A stretch of 64,000 nucleotides of DNA from Steroidobacteraceae bacterium (GTDB lineage: Bacteria > Pseudomonadota > Gammaproteobacteria > Steroidobacterales > Steroidobacteraceae). Position 1 is the first letter of the stretch, and each line of letters begins with the position of its first letter. Positions 62,272 to 64,000 of this stretch are shown piece by piece. The notes beneath the pieces are model-generated. The model searched no databases, had not been told where the DNA came from, and worked only from the letters and a program-made list of their open reading frames with translations. The position numbers and the translations under genes are program-made. The stretch is from contig DATKEZ010000116.1 of NCBI GenBank assembly GCA_035511775.1, positions 69 through 64,068 on the forward strand, read 5' to 3'.

Positions 62272-63363
62272 ATGTTACAGACGCTGATGCCGCTCATCGT
62301 TCTTCTGTCCTGGCTGGCGCTGCCGGTGACGCTGCTATGTATCGTCGATGACTGGGTGCTGCGCCCACGGCGCGTGATCGCCTCCGGCCTGCAGAGCGTG
62401 CGCGACGGGGCGCTGATGAGAGTGCTGTACGGCGCGTTGCCGGTGCTGATCGCCTGTGCGGTGCTGCGGCTGCTGCTCGCCGAGCGGCTGGACTTCAGCG
62501 CGGTGCTGCTGGCGATCACGGTGCTCACGGGCCTGGTGTGGGGCCTGGACGCCGCCCTGCTGGCTCCGCGGCGCACGGCCGCCGCGCGCGCCGCCGGCCG
62601 GGACCCGATGTTGACGCCCGAGCCGGGGACCGTCGACTACGCGCGCAGCTTCTTTCCGGTCGCGCTGGTGGTGCTGCTGCTGCGCTCGTTCGTGTTCGAA
62701 CCGTTCCGCATTCCCTCCGATTCCATGATGCCGACGCTCCTCGACGGCGACTTCATCATCGTCAACAAGTACGCCTACGGGCTGCGCCTGCCGGTGATCA
62801 ATCGCAAGATCCTCGAGGTCGGCGAGCCGCGGCGCGGCGACGTGGTGGTGTTCCGCTGGCCGGTGGACCCTTCGACCAACTTCATCAAGCGCCTGGTCGG
62901 GCTGCCGGGCGATCACGTCGAAGTGCGCGACAACCGCATCAGCATCAACGGCAAGCCGGTGGACTTCAGCCTCGAGAAGGACCGCTACACCGACGGCTGT
63001 TATATGAACCTGGCGAGCGCCACGGAACGTCTCGGCAGCCATGAGCACCAGGCCATATTCTGTCCGGTGGCGCTGGATCGTCAGCCGGTGCTGCCGGCGT
63101 GCAACCGCAGCGGCGTGCGCGGCTACGTCTGCGGGGACGAGGACGCGCCCGGAGGCAGCCGCATGGATCCGTTTGTCGGCGACGTGCCGCCGGGGCATTA
63201 TCTGATGATGGGCGACAACCGCGACAACAGCGACGACGGGCGCCGCTGGGGCTATGTGCCCGAGGAGAACCTGGTCGGCAGGGCGACGCGGATCTGGTTC
63301 AACTGGGATCTGCGCCGCTCCGGCGGTCCCATGTGGAGCCGCATCGGTTCCGCCATTCCGTGA
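62272..63363 (+). CDS. lepB: Signal peptidase I
   Basis: N-terminal TM segments, the catalytic Ser box IPSDSMMPTLL, the Lys box (NFIKRLVGLPGD) and GDNRDNSDDGR. Confidence 0.93.
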   Translation: MLQTLMPLIVLLSWLALPVTLLCIVDDWVLRPRRVIASGLQSVRDGALMRVLYGALPVLIACAVLRLLLAERLDFSAVLLAITVLTGLVWGLDAALLAPRRTAAARAAGRDPMLTPEPGTVDYARSFFPVALVVLLLRSFVFEPFRIPSDSMMPTLLDGDFIIVNKYAYGLRLPVINRKILEVGEPRRGDVVVFRWPVDPSTNFIKRLVGLPGDHVEVRDNRISINGKPVDFSLEKDRYTDGCYMNLASATERLGSHEHQAIFCPVALDRQPVLPACNRSGVRGYVCGDEDAPGGSRMDPFVGDVPPGHYLMMGDNRDNSDDGRRWGYVPEENLVGRATRIWFNWDLRRSGGPMWSRIGSAIP

Positions 63364-63412
63364 CCGGCGCGGGCGTACGCTGCGCTCCGCAGGCAGCAGT
63401 TGGGGGTTAGCG

Positions 63413-63790
63413 ATGCGTAACAGGCAGCAGGGTATCACCGCAATCGGCTGGCTGGTTCTGCTCACGCCGTTTGCGATCGTCCTCTACGCCGGCATCCGCC
63501 TGGCGCCGCTCTATCTGAACTACATGAAGGTGGTGCGGGCGATGGAGGTGGCGGCGAGCAGCGCCAAGGGTGGCGCCGGCGATCAGGTGGCGATCCGTAC
63601 CGCGATCGACAGGCATTTCGAGATCGACATGGTCGACTATCCCACCACCAAGGACATCCAGATCAGGCGCGAGGGAACGGCGTGGGTGATCGAGGCCAAG
63701 TACGACGATGAGGCGCCGCTGCTCGGAAGCGTATCGCTGCACGTGACTTTCGACAAGGTCGTGCGCGCCAGTGCCGGCGGCGGTGACTAG
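63413..63790 (+). CDS. DUF4845 membrane-anchored small protein (conserved lepB-rnc spacer gene)
   Basis: ATG 63413, 125 aa, with an N-terminal TM segment (ITAIGWLVLLTPFAIVLYAGI). It occupies the lepB-rnc position, as in other gammaproteobacteria. Confidence 0.6.
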   Translation: MRNRQQGITAIGWLVLLTPFAIVLYAGIRLAPLYLNYMKVVRAMEVAASSAKGGAGDQVAIRTAIDRHFEIDMVDYPTTKDIQIRREGTAWVIEAKYDDEAPLLGSVSLHVTFDKVVRASAGGGD

Positions 63791-63832
63791 CGGCGCCACC
63801 CCATCTTTTCAGTGCATGCCGATCGGCGGGAC

Positions 63833-64000
63833 ATGAGCAGTGTTGACTGGCCGGGGCGCTGGCTGCAGGACCGCCTGGGTTACGAGCCGCACGACCTGGC
63901 GCTGTTTCGCGCGGCCCTGACCCACCGCAGCGCCTCGGGACCCAACAACGAGCGGCTCGAGTTTCTCGGTGACGCCGTCCTCAATCTGGTCATCGCACAG
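63833..64000 (+). CDS. rnc: Ribonuclease III, 5' fragment (continues beyond the window)
   Basis: [35 protein letters not shown]...[18 protein letters not shown] contains the RNase III signature ERLEFLGDA. Confidence 0.9.
   Translation, partial: MSSVDWPGRWLQDRLGYEPHDLALFRAALTHRSASGPNNERLEFLGDAVLNLVIAQ

Overview
High-GC (roughly 68-70% by eye) proteobacterial chromosomal core segment, densely packed with about 58 protein genes and no rRNA, tRNA, CRISPR, transposase or integrase genes that I could find. Gene content, left to right: an RND efflux operon (adaptor fragment, an embedded RraA-like gene, pump, outer-membrane factor); an OprO/P-type porin; the minus-strand map-glnD-dapC-dapD run; rpsB-tsf-pyrH-frr-uppS-cdsA-dxr-rseP-bamA-skp-lpxD-fabZ-lpxA-lpxB-rnhB-dnaE-accA-tilS-pyrG-kdsA-eno-ftsB-ispD-ispF-truD; smrB-like (minus); surE-pcm; a 1354-aa uncharacterised two-module membrane protein; a 422-bp low-GC non-coding island; a DUF498 gene (minus); RpfE-like-recJ-prfB-lysS, with the classical +1 frameshift in prfB; ygfZ (minus); DUF1674-sdhCDAB-sdhE; rpoE-rseA-rseB plus a DUF836 gene; and lepA-lepB-DUF4845-rnc (3' truncated by the window edge). 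Synteny (RpfE-like/recJ/prfB/lysS) and the MAEF..LP.NS SdhB N-terminus suggest a Xanthomonadales/Nevskiales-like gammaproteobacterium; this is inference only. The ORF track uses ATG, GTG and TTG and reports the longest ORF, so many starts were re-set from conserved N-termini and Shine-Dalgarno (SD) sequences. Nearly everything is ordinary housekeeping. The only candidates for something undescribed are the giant internally duplicated envelope protein at 42422-46486 and the adjacent low-GC spacer with a 22-bp inverted repeat at 46487-46908. I found no recognisable defence, toxin-antitoxin or mobile system.
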